This document shows, piece after piece, positions 61,773-64,000 of a DNA stretch of 64,000 bases. Where the stretch lies: NCBI GenBank assembly GCA_030390025.1, contig CM059438.1, positions 80,104,001 to 80,168,000 of the forward strand. Reading direction: 5' to 3'. The position numbers and the translations under genes are program-made. Under the pieces are notes generated by a model, which saw only the letters and a program-made list of their open reading frames with translations, had not been told where the DNA came from and searched no databases. The stretch comes from Squalus acanthias (lineage: Eukaryota). How positions within the stretch are numbered: position 1 is the first letter of the stretch; the number at the start of each line of letters is the position of its first letter.

Positions 61773-63549
61773 ATTTGATTTTTTTCCCCAACATTTTCCA
61801 CTAAACATTTTTGGATTTAAGGGTTTTGTTCCTTCAAGAAGAAAAGTTCGGTTGTGGGATTGATAAAGGGGTTGCATAGATGTAGAACCAATGTCAGGTG
61901 AATATGATACAGAATGTGTAAAACATGGTTGGCAGCTATAAGACTCTACTCCAGCCATACTCCCTCAAATCGTTGAGAAGATAAGTCAATCAACCAGGAA
62001 AAATCAGCAGGCTGGATCGTCCTGAGGGGTTTTCAGGCCTGGAAGCATAGAGCCGTCCCTTATAGTCTTTTCTAGACTGCCTCTAGCTGTGCCGTTTTAA
62101 GTGTTCTGTCATTAGCATTGCTTATATTCTGAGTTGGTATGAGGAAGGTAAGTATTTGTTTTTAGAAGATTTTATTTAAAATTGGTATATATATTTGTAG
62201 CCATTTTCTCTGGTGTTTTGTGGCCATCTAATGTTAAATATTGCACATTTCCTGGCCTTGTGCACCGGCACAGGATATCATGGACCCCTGCCCAGATGAG
62301 GAGGAAAGCAACAGATTCAAGGGCAGTCGAAGGAAAAGGGAACATAGAAGACACCTGATAAGGTATGCACTCGCTGTTGGAACTCTGGTAAATCTTATTT
62401 GGTGAGCTTGCTCTTAAATAGGCCTCACATCTCCACTTAGATATTCCAGCTGCAGAGGAAGCTAATGACAACCCACAATCTTACAGAAAAAAGTTTGGAG
62501 GAGCATTGGTTGTGTCATCAATGTTGCCGAAGCATTACGTTTGCAGAAAATCTCAATAAAAAGATTCTTGCGCTGCCCAGAATAGACACAGTACATTGAA
62601 TCCTGAGTGGGCTTTAGCTGTCAGCAACCAGCTCTGTGGAGATCATAGCCTCAAACCAAGTTCAAATATAAATAAGGATTTCCCTACAGGTACAGACTCT
62701 CCCTTCCTGGAAAAGGAGGAATGTAAATTGAATGCTGCAAGGTGAAAATTGTACCTCCGTACAACAGCACATTGCCACATACACAGTGCTTTAGAAAACT
62801 GTTACCCAGCAACAAACAGTATAGCTTGATGGTATATTATTTAGAACCTCCAGTTTGGCACAGGGCTGCTGTGCTCCTTATTGATTATATACGGCAGACC
62901 GCTTGCTTCCAGATAGATCAATCTGATGATGAATGTGACCTGGTCATTCTGGCCTCACACTAGCTGTTGGTTCCAGGGACATGCCTGGCAAAATGATCAG
63001 AGTTCGCATTTGATATTGTAAATAATGTTGTCAGCTTGCTTGTCATGGTAAAAAAAAACATTTTTTGGGAAAGGTTCGAGGAAAATGTACTTTTGAAAGA
63101 TAATAAAGCCAGCAAGATAGGAAAGAAATTCCTGTTAAGCTACTCGAGGCAAGTTATAGAAATCTGCACCTCTGCCAGGGCTCCAGATTCTGAGCTCCAA
63201 AGAAACATCTATTTCATGGCAGAGCACCCTCATTCTCAGCAGAGTTTAAGAGACTACATCAGGGACCCATTCCCCAGTCTCTGTCTTGGCACTATACAGT
63301 GTCCCAGCCACTCAAATCAATGCGGTGATGCAATACGGCAATCATCTGTGGCACTAGAGACAGACACCCTAGTGAGAGGACTGGGTGTGTGTGTTTTTCT
63401 CAGATGATAGTTTTAAAGTTTTAAATTACACACAGATGGGTGCAGTCAACTGTAACAGGGAAAGGTGCCTTACAACTTCTCCACATATAAGGGGCAGAGT
63501 TCCAGAGGCAGGAAAAGTGGTTTGTGAAACCTCGCTCCTGGAAACTTCA

Positions 63550-63770
63550 ATCCTGGGCCAATATTTAACCCTCAACCAGCACCTAAAGAAACAGATCATC
63601 TGGTAATTATCACATTGCTGTTTGTGGGAGCTTGCTGTGCACAAATTGGCTGCCGCGTTTCCTACATTACAACAGTGACTACACTTCAAAAGTACTTCAT
63701 TGGTTGTAAAGCGCTTTGGGACATCCTGAGGTCGTGAACGATGTGATCTAAATGCAAGTATTTTGTTTAT
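63550..63770 (+). mobile_element. 3' half of the same SINE family
   Basis: ATTATCACATTGCTGTTTGTGGGAGCTTGCTGTGCACAAATTGGCTGCC is identical to the segment starting near 57320. Confidence 0.9.
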
Positions 63771-63867
63771 TTTGTCAGGACATGTTGGACTACTATAGTA
63801 TCTAACGGTAGTGCTTACTAGGATCATAGAAAGTCTTGGAAATGCTGTACTTGGGTCCCAGTAGAAC

Positions 63868-64000
63868 CTAAGAACATAAGAAATAGAAGCAGGAGTAGGC
63901 CATTTGGCCCTTCGAGCCTGCTCCGCCATTCAATAAGATCATGGCTGATCTTCTACCTCAACTCCACCTTCCACATTATCTCCATATCCCTTGGTTCCCT
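63868..64000 (-). mobile_element. CR1-type 3' end running off the window
   Basis: AAGAACATAAGAAATAGAAGCAGGAGTAGGCCATT...GCCATTCAATAAGATCATGGCTGATC. Confidence 0.85.

Overview
Vertebrate genomic DNA, most likely from a shark or other cartilaginous fish (CR1 LINE fragments plus Deu-domain/SacSINE1-like tRNA SINEs). The only protein-coding gene I can support is a complete five-exon LIM-homeobox gene, lhx2, on the + strand: CDS exons 27935-28132, 29733-29935, 32557-32915, 44361-44566 and 49006-49296. All introns are GT-AG with consistent phases, giving 418, 410 or 391 aa depending on which in-frame ATG is used. The gene lies in a large AT-rich but CpG-retaining, TE-poor regulatory domain with several homeodomain-motif-dense enhancer candidates. 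The most interesting observation is at the 3' end. A candidate alternative terminal exon (53327-53374) resembles the homeodomain-truncating Lhx9-alpha exon. An intron-4 element (about 48700-48800) is complementary in the sense RNA to that exon's splice acceptor (21 of 22 positions pair, four as G-U) and, in shorter colinear blocks, to the 5' end of canonical exon 5. Together these suggest a competing long-range RNA-pairing switch between mutually exclusive last exons. This is a hypothesis from sequence inspection only. Most other ORFs in the track are noise or TE remnants.
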